Source of the DNA: Malacoraja senta
Lineage: Eukaryota
DNA: 64,000 nucleotides
NCBI GenBank assembly: GCA_038087875.1
Contig: CM075988.1
Coordinates: forward strand, 186,001-250,000
Direction of reading: 5' to 3'
The position numbers and the translations under genes are program-made. Positions 1 through 12,300 of the stretch are shown here, piece by piece. Below the pieces are notes generated by a model that was not told where the DNA came from, did no database searches, and saw only the letters and a list, made by a program, of their open reading frames with translations. Positions within the stretch are counted from its first letter, which is position 1. Each line of letters opens with the position of its first letter.

Positions 1-123
1 CACTCACTCACGGGCCACACTCACTCACTCACTCACGGGCCACACTCACTCACTCATGGGCCACACTCACTCACTCATGGGCCACACTCACTCACTCACG
101 GGCCACACTCACTCACTCATGGG
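1..123 (-). repeat. Satellite fragment, same family as 324-34519 but in the opposite orientation ((CACT)n with GGGCCACAC punctuation)
   Basis: CACGGGCCACACTCACTCACTCATGGGCC is the reverse complement of the GGCCCATGAGTGAGTGAGTGTGGCCCGTG units after the gap. Confidence 0.95.
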
Positions 124-323
124 NNNNNNNNNNNNNNNNNNNNNNNNNNNNNNNNNNNNNNNNNNNNNNNNNNNNNNNNNNNNNNNNNNNNNNNNNNNNN
201 NNNNNNNNNNNNNNNNNNNNNNNNNNNNNNNNNNNNNNNNNNNNNNNNNNNNNNNNNNNNNNNNNNNNNNNNNNNNNNNNNNNNNNNNNNNNNNNNNNNN
301 NNNNNNNNNNNNNNNNNNNNNNN
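124..323. other. Assembly gap (200 N)
   Basis: Run of exactly 200 N, typical of a fixed-length scaffolding placeholder. Confidence 0.99.
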
Positions 324-3300
324 GTGAGTGAGTGAGTGAGTGAGTGAGTGAGTGAGTAAGTGAGTGAGTGATGCCGGTGTGTGAGTGAGTGAATGTGGCC
401 GGTGCGTGAGTGAGTGAGTGTGGCCGGGGAGTGTGGCCGGTGAGTGAGTGAGTGTGGCCAGTGAGTTACTGAGTGAGTGAGTGTGGCTGGTGAGTGAGTG
501 AGTGTGGCCGGTGAGTGAGTGAGTGAGTTAGTGAGTGTGGCCGGTGAGTGAGTGAGTGTGGCCCGTGAGTGAGTGTGAGTGAGTGTGGCCCATGAGTGAG
601 TGTGTGTGGCCCGTGAGTGAGTGAGTGTGGTCGGTGAGTGAGTGTAGCCCGTGAGTGAGTGAGTGAGTGAGTGTGGTCGGTGAGCGAGTGAGTGAGTGTG
701 ACCGGTGAGTGAGTGTGGCCCATGAGTGAGTGTGACCCGTGAGTGAGTGTGAGTGAGTGAGTGAGTGAGTGAGTGAGTGAGTGAGTGAGTGAGTGAGTGA
801 GTGAGTGAGTGAGTGAGTGAGTGAGTGAGTGAGTGAGTGAGTGAGTGAGTGAGTGAGTGATGCCGGTGTGTGAGTGAGTGAATGTGGCCGGTGCGTGAGT
901 GAGTGAGTGTGGCCGGTGAGTGAGTGAGTGCGGCCGGTGAGCTACTGAGTGAGTGAGTATGGCTGGTGAGTGAGTGAGTGAGTTAGTGAGTGTGGCCGGT
1001 GAGTGAGAGAGTGTGGCCCGTGAGTGAGTGTGGCCCGTGAGTGAGTGAGTGAGTGAGTGAGTGAGTGAGTGAGTGAGTGAGTGAGTGAGTGAGTGAGTGA
1101 GTGAGTGAGTGAGTGAGTGAGTGAGTGAGTGAGTGAGTGAGTGAGTGAGTGAGTGCGTGAGTGTGGCCCGTGAATGAGTGTGATTGAGTGTGGCCCGTGA
1201 GTGAGTGAGTGAGTGAGTGAGTGAGTGAGTGAGTGAGTGAGTGAGTGAGTGAGTGAGTGAGTGAGTGAGTGAATGAGTGAGTGAGTGAGTGAGTCAGTGT
1301 GGCCCGTGAATGAGTGAGTGATTGAGTGTGGCCCGTGAGTGAGTGTGAGTGAGTGTGGCCCATGAGTGAGTATGTGTGGCCCATGAGTGAGTGAGTGTGG
1401 CCGGTGAGTGAGTGTAGCCCGTGAGTGAGTGAGTGAGTGAGTGTGGTCGGTGAGCGAGTGAGTGAGTGTGACCGGTGAGTGAGTGTGGCCCATGAGTGAG
1501 TGTGACCCGTGAGTGAGTGTGAGTGAGTGAGTGAGTGAGTGAGTGAGTGAGTGAGTGAGTGAGTGAGTGAGTGAGTGAGTGAGTGAGTGAGTGAGTGAGT
1601 GAGTGATGCCGGTGTGTGAGTGAGTGAATGTGGCCGGTGCATGAGTGAGTGAGTGTGGCCGGTGAGTGTGGCCGGTGAGTGAGTGAGTGCGGCCGGTGAG
1701 TTACTGAGTGAGTGAGTGTGGCTGGTGAGTGAGTGAGTGTGGCCGGTGAGTGAGTGAGTGAGTTAGTGAGTGTGGCCGGTGAGTGAGTGAGTGTGGCCCG
1801 TGAGTGAGTGTGGCCCGTGAGTGAGTGAGTGAGTGAGTGAGTGAGTGAGTGAGTGAGTGAGTGAGTGAGTGAGTGAGTGAGTGAGTGAGTGAGTGAGTGA
1901 GTGAGTGCGTGAGTGAGTGAGTGAGTGTGGCCCGTGAATGAGTGTGATTGAGTGTGGCCCGTGAGTGAGTGTGTGTGAGTGTGGCCCGTGAGTGAGTGTG
2001 TGTGGCCCGTGAGTGAGTGAGTGTGGCCGGTGAGTGAGTGTGGCCCGTGAGTGAGTGAGTGCGTCTGGTGAGAGAGTGAGTGTGATCGGTGAGCGAGTGA
2101 GTGAGTGTGACCGGTGAGTGAGTGTGGCCCATGAGTGAGTGTGACCCGTGAGTGAGTGAGTGAGTGAGTGAGTGAGTGAGTGAGTGAGTGAGTGAGTGAG
2201 TGAGTGAGTGAGTGAGTGAGTGAGTGAGTGAGTGAGTGAGTGAGTGAGTGAGTGAGTGAGTGATTGAGTGAGTGAGTGAATGTGGCCGGTGCGTGAGTGA
2301 GTGAGTGTGGCCGGTGAGTGTGGCCGGTGAGTGAGTGAGTGTGGCCGGTGAGTTAGTGAGTGAGTGAGTGTGGCTGGTGAGTGAGTGAGTGTGGCCGGTG
2401 AGTGAGTGAGTGAGTTAGTGAGTGTGGCCAGTGAGTGAGTGAGTGTGGCCCGTGAGTGAGTGTGGCCTGTGAGTGAGTGAGTGAGTGAGTGAGTGAGTGA
2501 GTGAGTGAGTGAGTGAGTGAGTGAGTGAGTGAGTGAGTGAGTGTGAGTGAGTGAGTGAGTGAGTGAGTGAGTGAGTGTGGCCCATGAATGAGTGAGTGAT
2601 TGAGTGTGGCCTGTGAGTGAGTGTGAGTGAGTGTGGCCCGTGAGTGAGTGTGTGTGGCCCGTGAGTGAGTGAGTGTGGCCGTTGAGTGAGTGTGGCCTGT
2701 GAGTGAGTGAGTGAGTTAGTGAGTGTGGCCGGTGAGTGAGTGAGTGTGGCCCGTGAGTGAGTGTGGCCCGTGAGTGAGTGAGTGAGTGAGTGAGTGAGTG
2801 AGTGAGTGAGTGAGTGAGTGAGTGAGTGAGTGAGTGAGTGAGTGTGGCCCGTGAATGAGTGAGTGAGTGAGTGTGGCCTGTGAGTGAGTGAGTGAGTGAG
2901 TGCGTGAGTGAGTGAGTGAGTGTGGCCCATGAATGAGTGTGATTGAGTGTGGCCCGTGAGTGAGTGAGTGAGTGAGTGAGTGAGTGAGTGAGTGAGTGAG
3001 TGAGTGAGTGAGTGAGTGAGTGAGTGAGTGAGTGAATGAGTGAGTGAGTGAGTGAGTCAGTGTGGCCCGTGAATGAGTGAGTGATTGAGTGTGGCCCGTG
3101 AGTGAGTGTGAGTGAGTGTGGCCCATGAGTGAGTGTGTGTGGCCCATGAGTGAGTGAGTGTGGCCGGTGAGTGAGTGTAGCCCGTGAGTGAGTGAGTGAG
3201 TGAGTGTGGTCGGTGAGCGAGTGAGTGAGTGTGACCGGTGAGTGAGTGTGGCCCATGAGTGAGTGTGACCCGTGAGTGAGTGTGAGTGAGTGAGTGAGTG

Positions 3301-6300
3301 AGTGAGTGAGTGAGTGAGTGAGTGAGTGAGTGAGTGAGTGAGTGAGTGAGTGAGTGAGTGAGTGAGTGAGTGAGTGAGTGAGTGAGTGATGCCGGTGTAT
3401 GAGTGAGTGAATGTGGCCGGTGCGTGAGTGAGTGAGTGTGGCCGGTGAGTGTGGCCGGTGAGTGAATGAGTGCGGCCGGTGAGTTACTGAGTGAGTGAGT
3501 GTGGCTGGTGAGTGAGTGAGTGTGGCCGGTGAGTGAGTGAGTGAGTTAGTGAGTGTGGCCGGTGAGTGAGTGAGTGTGGCCCGTGAGTGAGTGTGGCCCC
3601 TGAGTGAGTGGGTGAGTGAGTGAGTGAGTGAGTGAGTGAGTGAGTGAGTGAGTGAGTGAGTGAGTGAGTGAGTGAGTGAGTGAGTGAGTGAGTGCGTGAG
3701 TGAGTGAGTGAGTGTGGCCCGTGAATGAGTGTGATTGAGTGTGGCCCGTGAGTGAGTGTGTGTGAGTGTGGCCCGTGAGTGAGTGTGTGTGGCCCGTGAG
3801 TGAGTGAGTGTGGCCGGTGAGTGAGTGTGGCCCGTGAGTGAGTGAGTGCGTCTGGTGAGTGACTGAGTGTGGTCGGTGAGCGAGTGAGTGAGTGTGACCG
3901 GTGAGTGAGTGTGGCCCATGAGTGAGTGTGACCCGTGAGTGAGTGAGTGAGTGAGTGAGTGAGTGAGTGAGTGAGTGAGTGAGTGAGTGAGTGAGTGAGT
4001 GAGTGAGTGAGTGAGTGAGTGAGTGAGTGAGTGAGTGATTGAGTGAGTGAGTGAAGCCGGTGTGTGAGTGAGTGAATGTGGCCGGTGCGTGAGTGAGTGA
4101 GTGTGGCCGGTGAGTGTGGCCGGTGAGTGAGTGAGTGTGGCCGGTGAGTTAGTGAGTGTGAGTGTGGCTGGTGAGTGAGTGAGTGTGGCCGGTGAGTGAG
4201 TGAGTGAGTTAGTGAGTGTGGCCGGTGAGTGAGTGTGGCCCGTGAGTGAGTGTGGCCTGTGAGTGAGTGAGTGAGTGAGTGAGTGAGTGAGTGAGTGAGT
4301 GAGTGAGTGAGTGAGTGAGTGAGTGAGTGAGTGAGTGAGTGAGTGAGTGAGTGCGTGAGTGTGGCCCGTGAATGAGTGAGTGAGTGAGTGTGGCCTGTGA
4401 GTGAGTGTGAGTGAGTGTGGGCCGTGAGTGAGTGTGTGTGGCCCGTGAGTGAGTGAGTGTGGCCGGTGAGTGAGTGTGGCCCGTGAGTGAGTGAGTGCGG
4501 CCGGTGAGTGAGTGAGTGTGGTCGGTGAGCGAGTGAATGAGTGTGACCTGTGAGTGAGTGTGGCCCATGAGTGAGTGTGACCCGTGAGTGAGTGTGACCC
4601 GTGAGTGAGTGAGTGAGTGAGTGAGTGAGTGAGTGAGTGAGTGAGTGAGTGAGTGAGTGAGTGAGTGAGTGAGTGATGCCGGTGTGTGAGTGAGTGAATG
4701 TGGCCGGTGCGTGAGTGAGTGAGTGTGGCTGGTGAGTGTGGCCGGTGAGTGAGTGAGTGCGGCCGGTGAGTTACTGAGTGAGTGAGTGTGGCTGGTGAGT
4801 GAGTGAGTGTGGCCGGTGAGTGAGTGAGTGAGTTAGTGAGTGTGGCCGGTGAGTGAGTGAGTGTGGCCCGTGAGTGAGTGTGGCCCGTGAGTGAGTGAGT
4901 GAGTGAGTGAGTGAGTGAGTGAGTGAGTGAGTGAGTGAGTGAGTGAGTGAGTGAGTGAATGAGTGAGTGAGTGAGTGAGTCAGTGTGGCCCATGAATGAG
5001 AGTGATTGAGTGTGGCCCGTGAGTGAGTGTGAGTGAGTGTGGCCCATGAGTGAGTGTGTGTGGCCCGTGAGTGAGTGAGTGTGGCCGGTGAGTGAGTGTA
5101 GCCCGTGAGTGAGTGAGTGAGTGAGTGTGGTCGGTGAGCGTGTGAGTGAGTGTGACCGGTGAGTGAGTGTGGCCCATGAGTGAGTGTGACCCGTGAGTGA
5201 GTGTGAGTGAGTGAGTGAGTGAGTGAGTGAGTGAGTGAGTGAGTGAGTGAGTGAGTGAGTGAGTGAGTGAGTGAGTGAGTGAGTGAGTGAGTAAGTGAGT
5301 GAGTGATGCCAGTGTGTGAGTGAGTGAATGTGGCCGGTGCGTGAGTGAGTGAGTGTGGCCGGTGAGTGTGGCCGGTGAGTGAGTGAGTGTGGCCAGTGAG
5401 TTACTGAGTGAGTGAGTGTGGCTGGTGAGTGAGTGAGTGTGGCCGGTGAGTGAGTGAGTGAGTTAGTGAGTGTGGCCGGTGAGTGAGTGAGTGTGGCCCG
5501 TGAGTGAGTGTGAGTGAGTGTGGCCCATGAGTGAGTGTGTGTGGCCCGTGAGTGAGTGAGTGTGGTCGGTGAGTGAGTGTAGCCCGTGAGTGAGTGAGTG
5601 AGTGAGTGAGTGTGGTCGGTGAGCGAGTGAGTGAGTGTGACCGGTGAGTGAGTGTGGCCCATGAGTGAGTGTGACCCGTGAGTGAGTTTGAGTGAGTGAG
5701 TGAGTGAGTGAGTGAGTGAGTGAGTGAGTGAGTGAGTGAGTGAGTGAGTGAGTGAGTGAGTGATGCCGGTGTGTGAGTGAGTGAATGTGGCCGGTGCGTG
5801 AGTGAGTGAGTGTGGCCGGTGAGTGAGTGAGTGCGGCCGGTGAGCTACTGAGTGAGTGAGTATGGCTGGTGAGTGAGTGAGTGAGTTAGTGAGTGTGGCC
5901 GGTGAGTGAGAGAGTGTGGCCCGTGAGTGAGTGTGGCCCGTGAGTGAGTGAGTGAGTGAGTGAGTGAGTGAGTGAGTGAGTGAGTGAGTGAGTGAGTGAG
6001 TGAGTGAGTGCGTGAGTGAGTGAGTGAGTGTGGCCCGTGAATGAGTGTGATTGAGTGTGGCCCGTGAGTGAGTGAGTGAGTGAGTGAGTGAGTGAGTGAG
6101 TGAGTGAGTGAGTGAGTGAGTGAATGAGTGAGTGAGTGAGTGAGTCAGTGTGGCCCGTGAATGAGTGAGTGATTGAGTGTGGCCCGTGAGTGAGTGTGAG
6201 TGAGTGTGGCCCATGAGTGAGTGTGTGTGGCCCATGAGTGAGTGAGCTTGGCCGGTGAGTGAGTGTAGCCCGTGAGTGAGTGAGTGAGTGAGTGTGGTCG

Positions 6301-9300
6301 GTGAGCGAGTGAGTGAGTGTGACCGGTGAGTGAGTGTGGCCCATGAGTGAGTGTGACCCGTGAGTGAGTGTGAGTGAGTGAGTGAGTGAGTGAGTGAGTG
6401 AGTGAGTGAGTGAGTGAGTGAGTGAGTGAGTGAGTGAGTGAGTGAGTGAGTGAGTGAGTGAGTGAGTGAGTGAGTGAGTGAGTGATGCCGGTGTGTGAGT
6501 GAGTGAGTTAGTGAGTGTGGCCGGTGAGTGAGTGAGTGTGGCCCGTGAGTGAGTGTGGCCCGTGAGTGAGTGAGTGAGTGAGTGAGTGAGTGAGTGAGTG
6601 AGTGAGTGAGTGAGTGAGTGAGTGAGTGAGTGAGTGAGTGAGTGAGTGAGTGCGTGAGTGAGTGAGTGAGTGTGGCCCGTGAATGAGTGTGATTGAGTGT
6701 GGCCCGTGAGTGAGTGTGTGTGAGTGTGGCCCGTGAGTGAGTCTGTGTGGCCCGTGAGTGAGTGAGTGTGGCCGGTGAGTGAGTGTGGCCCGTGAGTGAG
6801 TGAATGCGTCTGGTGAGTGAGTGAGTGTGGTCGGTGAGCGAGTGAGTGAGTGTGACCGGTGAGTGAGTGTGGCCCATGAGTGAGTGTGACCCGTGAGTGA
6901 GTGAGTGAGTGAGTGAGTGAGTGAGTGAGTGAGTGAGTGAGTAAGTGAGTGAGTGATGCCAGTGTGTGAGTGAGTGAATGTGGCCGGTGCGTGAGTGAGT
7001 GAGTGTGGCCGGTGAGTGTGGCCGGTGAGTGAGTGAGTGTGGCCAGTGAGTTACTGAGTGAGTGAGTGTGGCTGGTGAGTGAGTGAGTGTGGCCGGTGAG
7101 TGAGTGAGTGAGTTAGTGAGTGTGGCCGGTGAGTGAGTGAGTGTGGCCCGTGAGTGAGTGTGAGTGAGTGTGGCCCATGAGTGAGTGTGTGTGGCCCGTG
7201 AGTGAGTGAGTGTGGTCGGTGAGTGAGTGTAGCCCGTGAGTGAGTGAGTGAGTGAGTGTGGTCGGTGAGCGAGTGAGTGAGTGTGACCGGTGAGTGAGTG
7301 TGGCCCATGAGTGAGTGTGACCCGTGAGTGAGTGTGAGTGAGTGAGTGAGTGAGTGAGTGAGTGAGTGAGTGAGTGAGTGAGTGAGTGAGTGAGTGAGTG
7401 AGTGAGTGAGTGAGTGATGCCGGTGTGTGAGTGAGTGAATGTGGCCGGTGCGTGAGTGAGTGAGTGTGGCCGGTGAGTGAGTGAGTGCGGCCGGTGAGCT
7501 ACTGAGTGAGTGAGTATGGCTGGTGAGTGAGTGAGTGAGTTAGTGAGTGTGGCCGGTGAGTGAGAGAGTGTGGCCCGTGAGTGAGTGTGGCCCGTGAGTG
7601 AGTGAGTGAGTGAGTGAGTGAGTGAGTGAGTGAGTGAGTGAGTGAGTGAGTGAGTGAGTGAGTGCGTGAGTGAGTGAGTGAGTGTGGCCCGTGAATGAGT
7701 GTGATTGAGTGTGGCCCGTGAGTGAGTGAGTGAGTGAGTGAGTGAGTGAGTGAGTGAGTGAGTGAGTGAGTGAGTGAGTGAGTGAATGAGTGAGTGAGTG
7801 AGTGAGTCAGTGTGGCCCGTGAATGAGTGAGTGATTGAGTGTGGCCCGTGAGTGAGTGTGAGTGAGTGTGGCCCATGAGTGAGTGTGTGTGGCCCATGAG
7901 TGAGTGAGCTTGGCCGGTGAGTGAGTGTAGCCCGTGAGTGAGTGAGTGAGTGAGTGTGGTCGGTGAGCGAGTGAGTGAGTGTGACCGGTGAGTGAGTGTG
8001 GCCCATGAGTGAGTGTGACCCGTGAGTGAGTGTGAGTGAGTGAGTGAGTGAGTGAGTGAGTGAGTGAGTGAGTGAGTGAGTGAGTGAGTGAGTGAGTGAG
8101 TGAGTGAGTGAGTGAGTGAGTGATGCCGGTGTGTGAGTGAGTGAGTTAGTGAGTGTGGCCGGTGAGTGAGTGAGTGTGGCCCGTGAGTGAGTGTGGCCCG
8201 TGAGTGAGTGAGTGAGTGAGTGAGTGAGTGAGTGAGTGAGTGAGTGAGTGAGTGAGTGAGTGAGTGCGTGAGTGAGTGAGTGAGTGTGGCCCGTGAATGA
8301 GTGTGATTGAGTGTGGCCCGTGAGTGAGTGTGTGTGAGTGTGGCCCGTGAGTGAGTCTGTGTGGCCCGTGAGTGAGTGAGTGTGGCCGGTGAGTGAGTGT
8401 GGCCCGTGAGTGAGTGAATGCGTCTGGTGAGTGAGTGAGTGTGGTCGGTGAGCGAGTGAGTGAGTGTGACCGGTGAGTGAGTGTGGCCCATGAGTGAGTG
8501 TGACCCGTGAGTGAGTGAGTGAGTGAGTGAGTGAGTGAGTGAGTGAGTGAGTGAGTGAGTGAGTGAGTGAGTGAGTGAGTGAGTGAGTGAGTGATTGAGT
8601 GAGTGAGTGAATGTGGCCGGTGCGTGAGTGAGTGAGTGTGGCCGGTGAGTGTGGCCGGTGAGTGAGTGAGTGTGGCCGGTGAGTTAGTGAGTGAGTGAGT
8701 GTGGCTGGTGAGTGAGTGAGTGTGGCCGGTGAGTGAGTGAGTGAGTTAGTGAGTGTGGCCGGTGAGTGAGTGAGTGTGGCCTGTGAATGAGTGTGGCCTG
8801 TGAGTGAGTGAGTGAGTGAGTGAGTGAGTGAGTGAGTGAGTGAGTGAGTGAGTGAGTGAGTGAGTGAGTGAGTGAGTGAGTGAGTGAGTGTGGCCCATGA
8901 ATGAGTGAGTGATTGAGTGTGGCCTGTGAGTGAGTGTGAGTGAGTGTGGCCCGTGAGTGAGTGTGTGTGGCCCGTGAGTGAGTGAGTGTGGCTGTTGAGT
9001 GAGTGTGGCCTGTGAGTGAGTGAGTGAGTTAGTGAGTGTGGCCGGTGAGTGAGTGAGTGTGGCCCGTGAGTGAGTGTGGCCCGTGAGTGAGTGAGTGAGT
9101 GAGTGAGTGAGTGAGTGAGTGAGTGAGTGAGTGAGTGAGTGAGTGAGTGAGTGAGTGAGTGAGTGAGTGAGGCCCGTGAATGAGTGAGTGAGTGAGTGAG
9201 TGTGGCCTGTGAGTGAGTGAGTGAGTGAGTGCGTGAGTGAGTGAGTGAGTGTGGCCCATGAATGAGTGTGATTGAGTGTGGCCCGTGAGTGAGTGAGTGA

Positions 9301-12300
9301 GTGAGTGAGTGAGTGAGTGAGTGAGTGAGTGAGTGAGTGAGTGAGTGAATGAGTGAGTGAGTGAGTGAGTCAGTGTGGCCCGTGAATGAGTGAGTGATTG
9401 AGTGTGGCCCGTGAGTGAGTGTGAGTGAGTGTGGCCCATGAGTGAGTGTGTGTGGCCCATGAGTGAGTGAGTGTGGCCGGTGAGTGAGTGTAGCCCGTGA
9501 GTGAGTGAGTGAGTGAGTGTGGTCGGTCAGCGAGTGAGTGAGTGTGACCGGTGAGTGAGTGTGGCCCATGAGTGAGTGTGACCCGTGAGTGAGTGTGAGT
9601 GAGTGAGTGAGTGAGTGAGTGAGTGAGTGAGTGAGTGAGTGAGTGAGTGAGTGAGTGAGTGAGTGAGTGAGTGAGTGAGTGATGCCGGTGTGTGAGTGAG
9701 TGAATGTGGCCGGTGCGTGAGTGAGTGCGGCCGGTGAGTTACTGAGTGAGTGAGTGTGGCTGGTGAGTGAGTGAGTGTGGCCGGTGAGTGAGTGAGTGAG
9801 TTAGTGAGTGTGGCCGGTGAGTGAGTGAGTGTGGCCCGTGAGTGAGTGTGGCCCGTGAGTGAGTGGGTGAGTGAGTGAGTGAGTGAGTGAGTGAGTGAGT
9901 GAGTGAGTGAGTGAGTGAGTGAGTGAGTGCGTGAGTGAGTGAGTGAGTGTGGCCCGTGAATGAGTGTGATTGAGTGTGGCCCGTGAGTGAGTGTGTGTGA
10001 GTGTGGCCCGTGAGTGAGTGTGTGTGGCCCGTGAGTGAGTGAGTGTGGCCGGTGAGTGAGTGTGCCCGTGAGTGAGTGAGTGCGTCTGGTGAGTGACTGA
10101 GTGTGGTCGGTGAGCGAGTGAGTGAGTGTGACCGGTGAGTGAGTGTGGCCCATGAGTGAGTGTGACCCGTGAGTGAGTGAGTGAGTGAGTGAGTGAGTGA
10201 GTGAGTGAGTGAGTGAGTGAGTGAGTGAGTGAGTGAGTGAGTGAGTGATTGAGTGAGTGAGTGATGCCGGTGTGTGAGTGAGTGAATGTGGCCGGTGCGT
10301 GAGTGAGTGAGTGTGGCCGGTGAGTGTGGCCGGTGAGTGAGTGAGCGTGGCCGGTGAGTTAGTGAGTGTGAGTGTGGCTGGTGAGTGAGTGAGTGTGGCC
10401 GGTGAGTGAGTGAGTGAGTTAGTGAGTGTGGCCGGTGAGTGAGTGAGTGTGGCCCGTGAGTGAGTGTGGCCTGTGAGTGAGTGAGTGAGTGAGTGAGTGA
10501 GTTAGTGAGTGAGTGAGTGAGTGAGTGAGTGAGTGAGTGAGTGAGTGAGTGAGTGAGTGAGTGTGGCCCATGAATGAGTGAGTGATTGAGTGTGGCCTGT
10601 GAGTGAGTGTGAGTGAGTGTGGCCTGTGAGTGAGTGTGTGTGGCCCGTGAGTGAGTGAGTGTGGCCGTTGAGTGAGTGTGGCCCGTGAGTGAGTGAGTGA
10701 GTTAGTGAGTGTGGCCGGTGAGTGAGTGAGTGTGGCCCGTGAGTGAGTGTGGCCCGTGAGTGAGTTAGTGAGTGAGTGAGTGAGTGAGTGAGTGAGTGAG
10801 TGAGTGAGTGAGTGAGTGAGTGAGTGAGTGAGTGAGTGAGTGAGTGAGTGAGTGAGTGAGTGAGTGAGTGTGGCCCGTGAATGAGTGAGTGAGTGAGTGT
10901 GGCCTGTGAGTGAGTGTGAGTGAGTGTGGGCCGTGAGTGAGTGTGTGTGGCCCGTGAGTGAGTGAGTGTGGCCGGTGAGTGAGTGTGGCCCGTGAGTGAG
11001 TGAGTGCGGCCGGTGAGTGAGTGAGTGTGGTCGGTGAGCGAGTGAATGAGTGTGACCTGTGAGTGAGTGTGGCCCATGAGTGAGTGTGACCCGTGAGTGA
11101 CTGTGACCCGTGAGTGAGTGAGTGAGTGAGTGAGTGAGTGAGTGAGTGAGTGAGTGAGTGAGTGAGTGAGTGAGTGAGTGAGTGAGTGAGTGAGTGAGTG
11201 AGTGAGTGAGTGAGTGAGTGATGCCGGTGTGTGAGTGAGTGAATGTGGCCGGTGAGTGTGGCCGGTGAGTGAGTGAGTGCGGCCGGTGAGTTACTGATTG
11301 AGTGAGTGTGGCTGGTGAGTGAGTGAGTGTGGCCAGTGAGTGAGTGAGTGAGTTAGTGAGTGTGGCCGGTGAGTGAGTGAGTGTGGCCCGTGAGTGAGTG
11401 TGGCCCGTGAGTGAGTGAGTGAGTGAGTGAGTGAGTGAGTGAGTGAGTGAGTGAGTGAGTGAGTGAGTGAGTGAGTGAGTGAGTGAGTGAGTGTGTGAGT
11501 AAGTGTGGCCCGTGAATGAGTGAGTGATTGAGTGTGGCCCGTGAGTGAGTGTGAGTGAGTGTGGCCCGTGAGTGAGTGTGTTTGGCCCGTGAGTGAGTGA
11601 GTGTGGCCGGTGAGTGAGTGCGGCCCGTGAGTCAGTGATTGCGTCCGGTGAGTGAGTGAGTGTGGTCGGTGAGCGAGTGAGTGAGTGTGACCGGTGAGTG
11701 AGTGTGGCCCATGAGTGAGTGTGACCCGTGAGTGAGTGTGACCCGTGAGTGAGTGAGTGAGTGAGTGAGTGAGTGAGTGAGTGAGTGAGTGAGTGAGTGA
11801 GTGAGTGAGTGAGTGAGTGAGTGAGTGAGTGAGTGATGCCGGTGTGTGAGTGAGTGAATGTGGCCGGTGCGTGAGTGAGTGAGTGTGGCCGGTGAGTGTG
11901 GCTGGTGAATGAGTGGGTGTGGCCGGTAAGTTAGTGAGTGAGTGAGTGTGGCTGGTGAGTGAGTGAGTGTGGCCGGTGAGTGAGTGAGTGAGTTAGTGAG
12001 TGTGGCCGGTGAGTGAGTGAGTGTGGCCCGTGAGTGAGTGTGGCCTGTGAGTGAGTGAGTGAGTGAGTGAGTGAGTGAGTGAGTGAGTGAGTGAGTGAGT
12101 GAGTGAGTGAGTGAGTGAGTGAGTGTGACCTGTGAATGAGTGAGTGATTGAGTGTGGCCTGTGAGTGAGTGTGAGTGAGTGTGGCCCGTGAGTGAGTGTG
12201 TGTGGCCCGTGAGTGAGTGAGTGTGGCCGGTGAGTGAGTGTGGCCCGTGAGTGAGTGAGTGCGGCCGGTGAGTGAGTGAGTGTGGTCGGTGAGCGAGTGA

